Positions 9,286 through 19,345 of a stretch of DNA of 64,000 nt are shown one piece after another. The notes under the pieces are model-generated. The model ran no database searches. It saw only the letters and a list, made by a program, of their open reading frames with translations, and had not been told where the DNA came from. Numbering within the stretch: position 1 is the stretch's first letter; each line of letters begins with the position of its first letter. Made by a program: the position numbers and the translations under genes. This stretch comes from Hyphomicrobiales bacterium (GTDB taxonomy: Bacteria > Pseudomonadota > Alphaproteobacteria > Rhizobiales > CAJQND01), in the NCBI GenBank assembly GCA_051010055.1, contig JBPCVY010000044.1, forward strand, positions 3,634-67,633, in the 5' to 3' direction.

Positions 9286-11442
9286 ATGGGATTGTTCCGC
9301 TCCACCGAGAAAAAACCGCCAGTACGGCGGAAGAAGAAAACCGGCGCAAAAAAGAAGCCGGCAGCGCGCAAACCTGCACGCACAAAGGCCAGTGAACCGC
9401 AGACCGAAACCCGCCAGACCCGCCGTGAGCGGCGCCTGAAGCGTGAAAAGTCCCTCGGCATGCGGGTTGCCTACTGGTCGCTTGTTCTGGCCATGTGGGG
9501 CACTATCGCGCTTGTTGCGCTAGCCGGTTATGTGGTGTTCGCCATTCCCAACCAGGATGTCTACACCCTTCCCAAGCGCCAGGACGGTATCATTCTGCTT
9601 GCGGAAAATGGTGAAGTACTCGCCGAAAGTGGTTCGTTTCTTGGCGATGATGTGCGCCTTTCAGCTTTGCCCGATTATGTTCCCAAGGCGCTGATTGCCA
9701 TTGAAGACAGAAGGTTCCGCAGTCACTTTGGGATTGATGTGTACGGCCTTGGCCGCGCCATGTATGCCAACCTCAGTGCTGGGCGCATTGTGCAGGGCGG
9801 TTCAACCATTACCCAACAACTGGCAAAGAACCTGTTCCTAGAACCGAGGCGCACGCTGCACAGAAAGGTTCAGGAAGCCATTCTGGCACTGTGGCTTGAG
9901 CACAAATATACAAAGGACGAAATTCTCCAGCTTTATCTGAACCGCGTCTATTATGGCGCTGGTGCCCACGGCATAGAAGCTGCGGCTAGAGCATATTACT
10001 CGAAATCGGCTCAGGATCTTAGCCTGGCGGAAGCAGCCGCCATGGCCGCACTGCTCAAGGCCCCTTCACGCTACAACCCGAAAGCCTCAAAGAAGAAATC
10101 CCGCGACCGCACCAAGCTGGTGCTGAGTAACATGGCCGAGCAAGGGTACATTTCAAACAAGCAGGCGCGGCTGGCAATCAACAATCCGGCGGCTGTTAAA
10201 GCCAGCGATTATGTGCCGGCAACACAGTATGTTGTCGATTGGGTGCGCGGGCTCGTGCCGCAATATACGGGCCACAAGGCTGAAGGCCTCATTATCCAGA
10301 CAACCATCAACTCCAAGCTTCAGCATGCATCGGAAAAGGCGTTGCGCAAGCGACTCTTCAGCCTTGGCAAAAAGCAGCGGGCAAGCCAGGGCGCCCTTGT
10401 TCTCATGTCGCCTCATGGCGCGGTGCGCGCTCTGGTGGGCGGGAAGTCATACAAGAAAAGCCAGTTCAACCGCGCCGTTAAAGCGCAGCGCCAACCGGGC
10501 TCCGCCTTCAAACCTTTTGTCTATTTGACGGCTGTAAACGCCGGCTACCGCCCGAACACCACCGTTTATGATGAGCCGTTCTGCATCGGCGGCTGGTGCC
10601 CGAAAAACTATAACAAACGCTATGCCGGCGCGGTCAGCTTGAAGTCTTCATTGGCCCATTCGCTGAACACGGTGGCGGTACGGCTTGCAGTTGAGATGGG
10701 ACCACGGAATGTGGCCGATACGGCAAGGGCCATGGGCATACGCTCGAAAATCTCGCCGAATGCCTCCATCGCTCTCGGCACATCGGAGGTGAACCTTCTT
10801 GAACTCACAACCGCCTATGCACCGTTTGCCAATGGCGGTGATGGCGTGTTTGCGCATGTCATCAAACGCATTGTCGCCAAGGACGGGCGCATTTTGTACG
10901 AGCGCCAAGGCACTGGCCCGGGCCGGGTTCTGTCAGGGCGCTCCGTGGGTGTCATGAATGCTATATTGTCTGAAGTGGTGACATCAGGCACCGGCAAGCG
11001 GGCCAAGGTGAAAGGCCAGATTGTTGCCGGCAAGACAGGCACTACCCAGTCTTACAAAGATGCCTGGTTCATTGGCTATTCTTCTTACTATGTGGCGGGG
11101 GTTTGGGTTGGGAATGACAATTCAAAGCCCATGCGGCGCACAACTGGCGGCGGTTTGCCAGCCCTTATCTGGAACGATGTCATGACCGTTGCCCATGCCG
11201 GTTTACCGGCCCAGGTTCTGCCCGGTTCCCCTGAGGCAGATGACCCAGGCTTTGAACTGCCACCGTTTGAAATGGATGGGGAGTTCCTGCGCCGCGGGCG
11301 CGACAGCCTTGCCGGTCTGTTCAAAAGCATATTTGGAGGTGCACCGGAACGGGTGCACAATCGCGAAGCCCGCCAGCATCGCCGTGAAGAACGCAGACGC
11401 CGCCGTGAAGAACGCCGGCAATGGGAACTTGATAACCGTTAA
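9286..11442 (+). CDS. Bifunctional penicillin-binding protein, PBP1A family (GT51 glycosyltransferase + transpeptidase)
   Basis: GT51 motifs EDRRFRSHFGID and GGSTITQQLAKN. Transpeptidase motifs SAFK (SxxK), SLN (SxN) and KTGT. One TM helix follows a K/R-rich N-terminus. Confidence 0.88.
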   Translation: MGLFRSTEKKPPVRRKKKTGAKKKPAARKPARTKASEPQTETRQTRRERRLKREKSLGMRVAYWSLVLAMWGTIALVALAGYVVFAIPNQDVYTLPKRQDGIILLAENGEVLAESGSFLGDDVRLSALPDYVPKALIAIEDRRFRSHFGIDVYGLGRAMYANLSAGRIVQGGSTITQQLAKNLFLEPRRTLHRKVQEAILALWLEHKYTKDEILQLYLNRVYYGAGAHGIEAAARAYYSKSAQDLSLAEAAAMAALLKAPSRYNPKASKKKSRDRTKLVLSNMAEQGYISNKQARLAINNPAAVKASDYVPATQYVVDWVRGLVPQYTGHKAEGLIIQTTINSKLQHASEKALRKRLFSLGKKQRASQGALVLMSPHGAVRALVGGKSYKKSQFNRAVKAQRQPGSAFKPFVYLTAVNAGYRPNTTVYDEPFCIGGWCPKNYNKRYAGAVSLKSSLAHSLNTVAVRLAVEMGPRNVADTARAMGIRSKISPNASIALGTSEVNLLELTTAYAPFANGGDGVFAHVIKRIVAKDGRILYERQGTGPGRVLSGRSVGVMNAILSEVVTSGTGKRAKVKGQIVAGKTGTTQSYKDAWFIGYSSYYVAGVWVGNDNSKPMRRTTGGGLPALIWNDVMTVAHAGLPAQVLPGSPEADDPGFELPPFEMDGEFLRRGRDSLAGLFKSIFGGAPERVHNREARQHRREERRRRREERRQWELDNR

Positions 11443-11448
11443 AAGCGC

Positions 11449-12234
11449 TTAGTCACCATAGCGGTGCAGCTGGGAACCGTTTTTCTTCAGCCATTGGCGC
11501 GAACTGCCGGTGTGCGCGCAATAGTCTTCAACCAGCTTCCAGAACCTGGCGCTGTGGTTCATTTCCTTCAGGTGGGCAACCTCGTGGACGGCCACATAAT
11601 CAAGCACCTGCGCCGGGGCCAGTATGAGCCGCCAGGAAAAGGACAGCGAGCCCGATGAGGAGCACGACCCCCACCGGCTTGATTGATCGCGCACTGAAAG
11701 CCGCTTGAAGGAAAGTCCCATTTCATCTGCATAATGGGCGCAGGCCTTCGTCAAATCTTCCCGGGCCTGGCGTTTCAGCCAATCACGAACCCTCCGGGCA
11801 ACATGGGGTTCTTCGCCGGCAACGCACAAGCGAGGCGGGCGCTCACTATCATGCTCCTCGGTCCACACAGTGCCGCGCTCATTTGTCCTGTGATCAATGA
11901 GATGAAGCGTGCCGCGCACCGGTATGAGCGCGCCCTCTGCAAACGGAACCCGGTCAATTCTTTTGCCCAGGTGCGTGCGTATCCATGAAGCGTGATCGAT
12001 AGCAAATTTTAGCGCTGCATCGCGGCCAATGCCCGGTGGCAATGTGAGCGTTACCCCTTCGCCCTTGCGGTCAATGCGCATAATGATGCGGCGCGCGCGG
12101 CCGTTGCGGCGGAAGGTAACGGGCACCAACCTGCCATCAATCGTGATGCTTGCCTGTTTCACGCCGCCATCTGCCTGGGGCGTAATAAGCTTGCGCAAGT
12201 TTGCTAGAGCCACGTGCTGCTCCCCGCGAATCAC
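11449..12234 (-). CDS. M48-family / YgjP-like (DUF45) metal-dependent hydrolase
   Basis: HEVAHLKEMNHS (HExxH) motif near the C-terminus with WRLILAP upstream, as in YgjP-type proteins. GTG start. Confidence 0.72.
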   Translation of the reverse strand: MIRGEQHVALANLRKLITPQADGGVKQASITIDGRLVPVTFRRNGRARRIIMRIDRKGEGVTLTLPPGIGRDAALKFAIDHASWIRTHLGKRIDRVPFAEGALIPVRGTLHLIDHRTNERGTVWTEEHDSERPPRLCVAGEEPHVARRVRDWLKRQAREDLTKACAHYADEMGLSFKRLSVRDQSSRWGSCSSSGSLSFSWRLILAPAQVLDYVAVHEVAHLKEMNHSARFWKLVEDYCAHTGSSRQWLKKNGSQLHRYGD

Positions 12235-12270
12235 CTATCCGGAAACAAGTATCGCGCAACGGGCGCGCGG

Positions 12271-13509
12271 TTACGAGGCTTTTGGATTGGACGCAATAAA
12301 GTCTGAAATGCGCGGCGCAATTTCAGCGCGGAAGCGCGAGCCGTTGAAAACACCATAGTGGCCGACACCCTTTTGCAGGTAGTGGGCCCGCTTTTCCTCA
12401 GGTATACTGATGCACAGATCGTGGGCGGCTTCGGTCTGGCCGACACCGGAAATATCATCGCGCTCACCTTCAACGGTTAGCAAGGCGGTCTTGGTAATTT
12501 TCGATGGATCGATCAACTGCTCGCGATGAGTGAAAGTTCCCTCTGGCAGCGCATGCTCAATGAAAACCTTTTCAACCGTCTGGAGGTAGAACTCAGCGGT
12601 GAGGTCCATCACTGAAAGATATTCGTCGTAGAAGTCTTCATGTTTTTCAGCGCTGTCACCATCCCCCTCCACAAGGTGCCAGAACAGCTCCTTATGGGCA
12701 TCAATGTGCCTGTCAAGGTTCATGGTCATGAAGCCGGTAAGCTGCATGAACCCCGGATAGACATCGCGCATCATGCCCGGATTGGGAAACGGAACCTTGA
12801 CGATGGCGTTGCGGCGGAAAAAGTCGATGCCCTTTTCCATGGCCAGATTGTTGACCACCGTTGAGTTGCGTCTTGTGTCGATAGGTCCGCCCATCAAGGT
12901 CATAGAAGCGGGCACGCACCGGTCATTGTTTTCAGACATCAAAGAAACCGCTGCCAGAACCGGCACCGATGGCTGGCACACCGCCATGATGTGAACGTCC
13001 GGCCCCAGGTGCTGCAGCATTTCGATGATGTAATCGATGTAGTCATCAAGATCGAAGCGGCCCATGGCCAGCGGCACTTCGCGGGCATCAACCCAGTCGG
13101 TCATATATACTTCATGGTTCGGCAGCATGGTTTGCACAGTGCCGCGCAACAAGGTTGCATAGTGGCCGGACATGGGCGCCACAATCAAAAGATTGGGCTG
13201 CTGCTTATAGCGGGTAATGCCGCGTGATTTTTCAAAATGAACTAAATTGCAAAATGGCTTGGACCATACGGTGCGTTCGCCCACTTCCACCCTTTCACCG
13301 GCGACCGTAGTGCTTTCTACACCCCATTCCGGCTTGCCATACCGGCGGGTAACCCGCTCGAACATATCAAGGCCGGCGGCGGCCGTTTTGCCGATTTGCG
13401 TTTCCGCCAGCGGGTTCATGGGGTTTTTCCAAAAGAACCTTCCCGCATTCGCCGCCGCACGCATGGGCGCAAGCAGGGCATGGTTCATCTCGTAAACATG
13501 ATAAAGCAC
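12271..13509 (-). CDS. phaZ: Intracellular polyhydroxyalkanoate (PHB) depolymerase
   Basis: 412 aa. The N-terminus MLYHVYEMNHALLAPMRAAA and overall pattern match intracellular PhaZ of alpha/betaproteobacteria. The GTG start is preceded by GGAAGGAG at 6-nt spacing. Confidence 0.8.
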   Translation of the reverse strand: MLYHVYEMNHALLAPMRAAANAGRFFWKNPMNPLAETQIGKTAAAGLDMFERVTRRYGKPEWGVESTTVAGERVEVGERTVWSKPFCNLVHFEKSRGITRYKQQPNLLIVAPMSGHYATLLRGTVQTMLPNHEVYMTDWVDAREVPLAMGRFDLDDYIDYIIEMLQHLGPDVHIMAVCQPSVPVLAAVSLMSENNDRCVPASMTLMGGPIDTRRNSTVVNNLAMEKGIDFFRRNAIVKVPFPNPGMMRDVYPGFMQLTGFMTMNLDRHIDAHKELFWHLVEGDGDSAEKHEDFYDEYLSVMDLTAEFYLQTVEKVFIEHALPEGTFTHREQLIDPSKITKTALLTVEGERDDISGVGQTEAAHDLCISIPEEKRAHYLQKGVGHYGVFNGSRFRAEIAPRISDFIASNPKAS

Positions 13510-13641
13510 AAAAAACTCCTTCCGCTGCCGCGGTCAGTTCCTGGCGCAGAACCCAAAAAGAGCATCCACGCACAACTTGCGCGGTTTACAAACTTTTTTC
13601 TCTGATAAGGCCCCTTCGCCCGTATGTGTTGATTGTGCGAT

Positions 13642-13703
13642 GCAAAATCGTTGCGGTCAACCGCTGAAATGTCACTTTTTTGAAAGCATTTGCAACGATT
13701 TGC
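13642..13703. repeat. Inverted repeat GCAAAATCGTTGC / GCAACGATTTGC upstream of phaZ
   Basis: 13642-13654 is the reverse complement, with a 1-nt indel, of 13692-13703. A related GATTTTGCA copy lies near 13716-13728. Confidence 0.45.
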
Positions 13704-13729
13704 GAGCGATTGGCTGATTTTGCAAGTGC

Positions 13730-14560
13730 TCACTCGCCAGTATTCATCAAAGTACCTTTGCGCCGTGCATCATTGAAAAACCACATAAAGGCAACCGCCC
13801 CTGCAGCCAGATAAAGCACATTGAGTGCCAGTGCCGCCAGCATAAGATCTGGCCGGGCCTCGCCGTCGATCAAAATAGCCCTGAGACCTTCGAAAACATA
13901 AGTTGGCGCAAGTGAAAGCGAGACCGGTTGCAGCCATTCCGGCAATGCGCTTACCGGGTAATAGACACAGCAAATGGTGAGGAGGATAAAAATGAGGCTC
14001 CATGCCAAATGCTCGGCCCCCAACCCGTAGCGGAGCAACAGCCCGCACACGAACATGCCAACCGCCCAGCTAGTCAGCATGAGATTGAAAAAGAACGCCA
14101 CGGACCACAGGCCGAGCGCGTAAAGATCAAAACCGAAATACCATACCGCCATCATGGTGACGGGAATGAGCCCGATCAGCACGCGAATTATGGACATGGT
14201 GGCAAGGGCCATCAAAAGCTCGTATGAGCGCAAGGGGCTTACCATCAAGTGGCCGAGATTGCGCGACCACATCTCTTCCAGAAATGACAGATTGAACCCG
14301 ATCTGGCCGCGGAAAAGGACATCCCACAACAACATGGCGCCGACCAGCGAACCGCCAATAATAGCGAACTTTCCTGATTGTTCGGCAAGCCAAACCTGCA
14401 AGAAACCCCACATGAAGAGCTGCACGGTGGGCCAATAGATCAAATCGATGATGCGCGGCGGCGACGATTTCAGCAAATACCAATGGCGCAAGACCATCGC
14501 GCTGATGCGTTCGAACGCCGACCCGGTTGGCGCCCGCAGCTCGTATGTTCCGCTACTCAC
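13730..14560 (-). CDS. ABC-2 type transporter permease
   Basis: 276 aa with about 6 predicted TM segments. It overlaps the upstream ATPase gene by 8 nt. Confidence 0.75.
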   Translation of the reverse strand: MSSGTYELRAPTGSAFERISAMVLRHWYLLKSSPPRIIDLIYWPTVQLFMWGFLQVWLAEQSGKFAIIGGSLVGAMLLWDVLFRGQIGFNLSFLEEMWSRNLGHLMVSPLRSYELLMALATMSIIRVLIGLIPVTMMAVWYFGFDLYALGLWSVAFFFNLMLTSWAVGMFVCGLLLRYGLGAEHLAWSLIFILLTICCVYYPVSALPEWLQPVSLSLAPTYVFEGLRAILIDGEARPDLMLAALALNVLYLAAGAVAFMWFFNDARRKGTLMNTGE

Positions 14561-15320
14561 CTGCTATCTCCCTTGCCCTTATGCCCCTGTCGCGGGCCAC
14601 ATCCAGAAACACTTCTTCCATATTGGCGCGGCCATAGCGCTTCAAAAGGGTGCCTGGCGGGTCGCGGTCAACAATCAACCCTTCCTTCATGATCAAAACT
14701 TCATCGCACAACCGCTCCACCTCACCCATATTGTGTGATGCCAAAAGCATTGTCGCTCCGCCCTCACGGCAATAGCGCTCGAGATGGCCCCGCACCCAGT
14801 CTGCTGTGTCGGGATCGAGTGAGGCGGTTGGTTCATCAAGCAGCAGCAGTCGCGGCGAGTTAATGAGCGACTTGGCAAGGCTGACGCGGGTTTTCTGGCC
14901 GGCCGAAAGCTTACCCGTCGGCCGCTCTAACATCTGTACCAAGTCGAGCGCTTCGGCAAGCTCCGCGATGCGGTCCTTGAGCCCGCGCACACCATAAAGC
15001 TTGCCGTAGACAGTAAGGTTTTGCCTCACCGTCAGCCGCAGAGGCATATCCACATAAGGGCTTTCAAAATTAAGCAGATGCTGTACATGGTGCCGGTCTT
15101 TTTCAACGTCAACGCCAAGCAACTGCATTGAGCCGGCGGTTGGCGCCACAAGCCCAAGGAGCATGCCGATGGTTGTTGTCTTTCCTGCGCCGTTACCGCC
15201 GAGCAGGCCGGCAATCTCGCCCTTGCGCACCTCAAAATCCAGACCGCGCACCGCATGCACATTTGCAAACCGTTTTTCCAGGCCTTTAACTCTTATGGCG
15301 ATGGGCCTGGCGTCGAGCAT
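14553..15320 (-). CDS. ABC transporter ATP-binding protein (ABC-2 exporter partner)
   Basis: Walker A GGNGAGKTT, signature LSAGQKTR, Walker B LLLLDEPT. The ATG at 15320 is preferred over the TTG at 15365 used by the ORF track. Confidence 0.85.
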   Translation of the reverse strand: MLDARPIAIRVKGLEKRFANVHAVRGLDFEVRKGEIAGLLGGNGAGKTTTIGMLLGLVAPTAGSMQLLGVDVEKDRHHVQHLLNFESPYVDMPLRLTVRQNLTVYGKLYGVRGLKDRIAELAEALDLVQMLERPTGKLSAGQKTRVSLAKSLINSPRLLLLDEPTASLDPDTADWVRGHLERYCREGGATMLLASHNMGEVERLCDEVLIMKEGLIVDRDPPGTLLKRYGRANMEEVFLDVARDRGIRAREIAGE

Positions 15321-15384
15321 GTTCTGGTTTCCGAAAATCAGCGATAGCGGTAAAATGGCAAACAATGACCGGAGGCCGGATTAA

Positions 15385-16779
15385 ATGAAATTTGAGGCCG
15401 AAAATCAACGCGATTTCAGCGCCCCCCGAGCCGATGACAGCTTTCACCGGAGTTTGCTGCCGCGTGGCCATGTGGAGCGCATCCGCCTGCAAACCCTCAC
15501 CCGGCTGCGCTGGCTGGCGGTTGCCGGCCAAACCGCGGCTGTGCTTGCGGTTCATTTCGGTCTTGGCTGGCCGCTGCCACTGGGCCTGTGCCTTGCGGTT
15601 ATCGGGCTTTCGGCCTGGCTCAACATATTCCTAGATTTGCGCAACCGTTCAATCCAACGGCTCACTTATGACCAGGCCTCCTGGCTTTTGGGCTATGATA
15701 TTTTGCAGCTTGCAGTTTTGTTCTACCTAACGGGCGGGCTGGAAAACCCCTTTGCGTTCCTGTTTCTTGTGCCCGTTGCGGTTTCTGCTGCTGCATTGCC
15801 GCTTGAGCGCACAATCTTGCTCGGCCTTTTTGCTCTTCTTGCAGCAACAGTTCTTGCCTTCGAGCACATGCCTTTGCCGTGGAACCCTGATGATCCTTTG
15901 GAGCTTCCGCCCATTTATGTGGCCGGCATGTGGGTGGCGGTTTTGTGCGGAATTGTCTTCACCGCCATCTTTTCCTGGCGCATTTCCGAAGAGAACCGGC
16001 AAATGTCGGCAGCGCTTGCGGCAACTGAAATGGCCCTTGCCCGTGAGCAGCAGCTTTCAGCGCTCGATGGCCTTGCTGCTGCCGCTGCCCATGAACTTGG
16101 TACTCCGCTTGCCACAATTGCGCTTGTCTCAAAAGAGCTTCGCCGCGAAATGCCTGAAGACAGCCCTCATGGTGAAGATCTTGAACTTCTTTCAAGCCAG
16201 GTTCTGCGCTGCCGGGAAATTCTCTCACGCCTCACCAGGCGTGATGGACAAGGCGATCAGATGTTCGCCAATGTGAAAGTCACGGAAATGCTGGAAGAGC
16301 TTATCGAACCGTTGCGCGGCTCGGGCATCGAGATTTCCGTTGAAGGCAACGGAACAGGCGAAGATGGCGCAGCGCTTGCCGAGCCGATTGTTGCCCGCAA
16401 TCCGGGCATCTTGTTTGCCCTGAACAATCTTGTTGAAAATGCTGTCGATTTTGCAAGTTCTGAAGTGCGCATTGATGCCAGCTGGTCAAAAGACCAGCTT
16501 GCCATTGAACTGAGCGATGACGGTTCCGGCTTCGGCCAGGAAATCATTGACCGGCTGGGTGAGCCGTTCGTTACCACCAGGCGCGGCTATACCGATCTCA
16601 GATCACCGGCAGAAACAGGCCATGAGGGCATGGGCCTTGGTATTTTCATTGCCAAGACTTTGCTGGAACGATCCGGAGCGCGAGTAAGCCTTGCCAACAG
16701 CCAACCTCCTGAACGTGGTGCGCTGGTGTCGGTCACCTGGCCGCGCGAGGAGATTGATTTAATTCGCCAGTCCGCGTAA
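15385..16779 (+). CDS. regB: Redox-sensing histidine kinase RegB/PrrB/ActS
   Basis: Multi-TM N-terminus containing the quinone-site heptapeptide GGLENPF (GGxxNPF). H-box AAAHELGTPLATI, and a conserved redox Cys context (QVLRCREIL). Confidence 0.85.
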   Translation: MKFEAENQRDFSAPRADDSFHRSLLPRGHVERIRLQTLTRLRWLAVAGQTAAVLAVHFGLGWPLPLGLCLAVIGLSAWLNIFLDLRNRSIQRLTYDQASWLLGYDILQLAVLFYLTGGLENPFAFLFLVPVAVSAAALPLERTILLGLFALLAATVLAFEHMPLPWNPDDPLELPPIYVAGMWVAVLCGIVFTAIFSWRISEENRQMSAALAATEMALAREQQLSALDGLAAAAAHELGTPLATIALVSKELRREMPEDSPHGEDLELLSSQVLRCREILSRLTRRDGQGDQMFANVKVTEMLEELIEPLRGSGIEISVEGNGTGEDGAALAEPIVARNPGILFALNNLVENAVDFASSEVRIDASWSKDQLAIELSDDGSGFGQEIIDRLGEPFVTTRRGYTDLRSPAETGHEGMGLGIFIAKTLLERSGARVSLANSQPPERGALVSVTWPREEIDLIRQSA

Positions 16780-16876
16780 ACAGCGTTTTCTGCCCCCACA
16801 TCGGCCACACTGAAGTGTGTATATATTGCCCAAACGCTTTATTTGTGGTCAAAGGGCGAAAAATTTGAGCTGACAG

Positions 16877-17422
16877 ATGACCGAACTGAACCAGATCGAC
16901 GACAAGACACTTTTGCTCGTTGACGATGATAAACCATTTCTCACGCGCCTTGGCCGCGCAATGGAAGGGCGCGGTTTCGCCGTTGAGATGGCTGAAACCG
17001 TCGCCGCTGGCATTGACCATGTGCGCCGCGCGCCGCCGGCATTTGCGGTGGTCGATATGCGCCTTGAAGACGGCAACGGGCTTGATGTGATCAAGGCCCT
17101 GGCCGAAACCCGCCCAAATGCCCGCGCCATTGTGCTCACCGGATATGGAAATATCGCCACTGCCGTAACAGCGGTAAAACTGGGTGCGGTCGATTATCTG
17201 GCAAAGCCTGCCGATGCGGATGATGTTTACAATGCCCTTATGGCGAACCCGGACGACAAGGCACCGCCGCCGGAAAATCCCATGTCAGCTGACCGGGTGC
17301 GCTGGGAGCATATCCAGCGGGTTTATGAGCTATGCAATCGCAATGTTTCGGAAACCGCGCGCCGGCTCAATATGCACAGGCGTACCCTGCAGCGCATCCT
17401 TGCCAAACGGGCCCCGCGCTAG
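16877..17422 (+). CDS. regA: Response regulator RegA/PrrA/ActR
   Basis: The receiver domain (LLLVDDDKPF, VVDMRLEDGNG) plus the invariant C-terminal HTH NVSETARRLNMHRRTLQRILAKRAPR are characteristic of the RegA family. Confidence 0.9.
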   Translation: MTELNQIDDKTLLLVDDDKPFLTRLGRAMEGRGFAVEMAETVAAGIDHVRRAPPAFAVVDMRLEDGNGLDVIKALAETRPNARAIVLTGYGNIATAVTAVKLGAVDYLAKPADADDVYNALMANPDDKAPPPENPMSADRVRWEHIQRVYELCNRNVSETARRLNMHRRTLQRILAKRAPR

Positions 17423-17431
17423 GCCATAGCC

Positions 17432-17908
17432 TTAAATCGGAATTTTCGGATCGTTTAAATCGTGAAGCCGGTGGGCAGCCGCACGGGCAAAACGAAGCAA
17501 TACGGCCTTACGGCGCGCTGCTGAAAGCTTGTGCTCGGGCGCATCACGTAATATTTCAGCCATGTAGGCATCGGCGACAATCAGCCCGGCATCTTCCGGC
17601 AGGATTTCCTGCGGCATGTCCATGGCAACGGCAAAATATAGCCTGTCGCACCAGTCTCGGTAGTCGGGCCATTTATGGTCTGCGCGAAAATCGGCCACCG
17701 ACGACTTGATCTCCACAACACTCACCAGGCCTTTCGGATTAACCGCCATAATGTCGACGCGGCGGCCCGAAGCAAGGGGCAGTTCGGTTACAACCGCAAA
17801 CCCTGCGCGCCTTAACATCCGGCCCGTGCCGCGTTGGATTGCAGCGGCAGCCTCTGATTGGCGGCCATCAAGAACAATGACCGGATCAGTCAAATCGTTT
17901 GTGGACAT
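17432..17908 (-). CDS. MmcB-family protein (PD-(D/E)xK-like, putative DNA repair)
   Basis: Motif RRVDIMAV...VVEIKSS (D...E-x-K). The ATG at 17908 avoids overlap with the upstream MFS gene, whereas the track ORF extends to 18040. Confidence 0.6.
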   Translation of the reverse strand: MSTNDLTDPVIVLDGRQSEAAAAIQRGTGRMLRRAGFAVVTELPLASGRRVDIMAVNPKGLVSVVEIKSSVADFRADHKWPDYRDWCDRLYFAVAMDMPQEILPEDAGLIVADAYMAEILRDAPEHKLSAARRKAVLLRFARAAAHRLHDLNDPKIPI

Positions 17909-17952
17909 AACGTGAACATGCGCCGGACAGCCCCGCCAAGTCAAGCATCCAT

Positions 17953-19206
17953 TCAGCTGCCTTTGGATGATGATAAGGCCAGCAGCAAGAATCCAATCGC
18001 GATGGTGCCTGACGCGGCCATAATTCCAACCATCGGCCAATGAGTGCCATCGTGAAAAAAGCCCACCATAAACGTTGAAAGCGCGCCAACGCCGATTTGG
18101 AAAAACCCGCTCAGGCCCGCTCCGGTTCCCGGGATATCGGGCCGGACAGAGATTGCGCCAGCGGTCGCGCTTGGAATCGTCAGCCCATTTGAAATGGCAA
18201 CGACACTCATGGACCCAAACAACCAGAACGGTGTAATGAGCCCGGCGAATGCTCCGGTGATCAATAATGCAATGCCAAGCACTGAAACCGTACTACCAAT
18301 CACCATCATCCGGTTCGCACCGGCCCGCCTTGCGTAGCGGCCTGAAAGAAAATTGCCGAACATGTATCCTATGGAAACAATGATGAAATAGAGGCCATAG
18401 TCGCGCGGCGTACCGCCCATAACATCGGTGACGACAAAGGGCGCACCAGCGATGAATGCGAAGAAGATGCCTGAGCCAAATGCTGAATTGAGCGCGTATC
18501 CAAGAAAAACGGGCATGCGCAGCAATTGTGCGGACTTGCGGAAAAAGTCTACCTGACTTGATGATGTGTCAGGGTCAAGGTTCGTTTCGTGCAACTTGTA
18601 TAGGGCTACGGCAAAAACCAGCGCCCCCAAAATGGCAGTCACATAGAACCCTGCGCGCCAGCCCGCCCAACCATCGAGGACGCCGCCGATGGTCGGTGCA
18701 ATCATCGGCGCGACAACCATCGCCATTGTGAGGTAACCAAGTAGGCTTGCCGATTCATCCCTGTCGTACAAATCGCGGATGATAGCGCGCGCAAGAACTA
18801 TCCCGGTGCAACCACCTGCGGCCTGGAAAAGCCGCCCGATGATGAGCTGGGTTATGGAGCCGGCCATTGCGCACAAAATGCTTGAGGCGATGAACAGGCA
18901 CATGCCGGCGAGAAAAACTGGCCGCCTGCCAAGCCTGTCAGAAACCGGGCCGACAAACAGTTGCGATATGGCGAGCGACACCAGGAAGAATGTGAGCGTG
19001 AGTTGGGCGGTTTGATAGTCCGTGCCAAGGGCAATTGCGAGCCCTGGCATTGAAGGGATGAAGATATTGAGCGCAATCGGCCCAATGGCCGACATGGCGA
19101 TAAGCATGGGAAGGCCGGGTTTCACCAGTCTTTCATCCGTAGGTTTTTTGGCTAAAGCAGGATGCCCGCCAAATGTGGAGCGCGGGCGCGAATGCCCAAG
19201 TTTCAT
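17953..19206 (-). CDS. MFS transporter, Bcr/CflA drug-resistance subfamily
   Basis: 417 aa with 12 TM. The N-terminal AIGPIALNIFIPSMPGLA and GPVSDRLGRRPV motifs are typical of Bcr/CflA. Confidence 0.75.
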   Translation of the reverse strand: MKLGHSRPRSTFGGHPALAKKPTDERLVKPGLPMLIAMSAIGPIALNIFIPSMPGLAIALGTDYQTAQLTLTFFLVSLAISQLFVGPVSDRLGRRPVFLAGMCLFIASSILCAMAGSITQLIIGRLFQAAGGCTGIVLARAIIRDLYDRDESASLLGYLTMAMVVAPMIAPTIGGVLDGWAGWRAGFYVTAILGALVFAVALYKLHETNLDPDTSSSQVDFFRKSAQLLRMPVFLGYALNSAFGSGIFFAFIAGAPFVVTDVMGGTPRDYGLYFIIVSIGYMFGNFLSGRYARRAGANRMMVIGSTVSVLGIALLITGAFAGLITPFWLFGSMSVVAISNGLTIPSATAGAISVRPDIPGTGAGLSGFFQIGVGALSTFMVGFFHDGTHWPMVGIMAASGTIAIGFLLLALSSSKGS

Positions 19207-19345
19207 TCGGACTATGGTTTTTGCGCAACTTGCAGGGCCTAGGCAAGAGCCAAACGCTCTTATGAAGGGCGGCCAATGGCTGATGATATTGGACTTTTCA
19301 CCTGCGCCATGGAAAAGAGCTCCGCAAACCTATAAACAGGACGCC

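Noticed and set aside
13485-13733. An 82-aa minus-strand ORF filling the phaZ upstream spacer.
   Set aside because: It is Cys/Arg-rich, has no RBS, and overlaps the phaZ start. It is more plausibly non-coding regulatory DNA.
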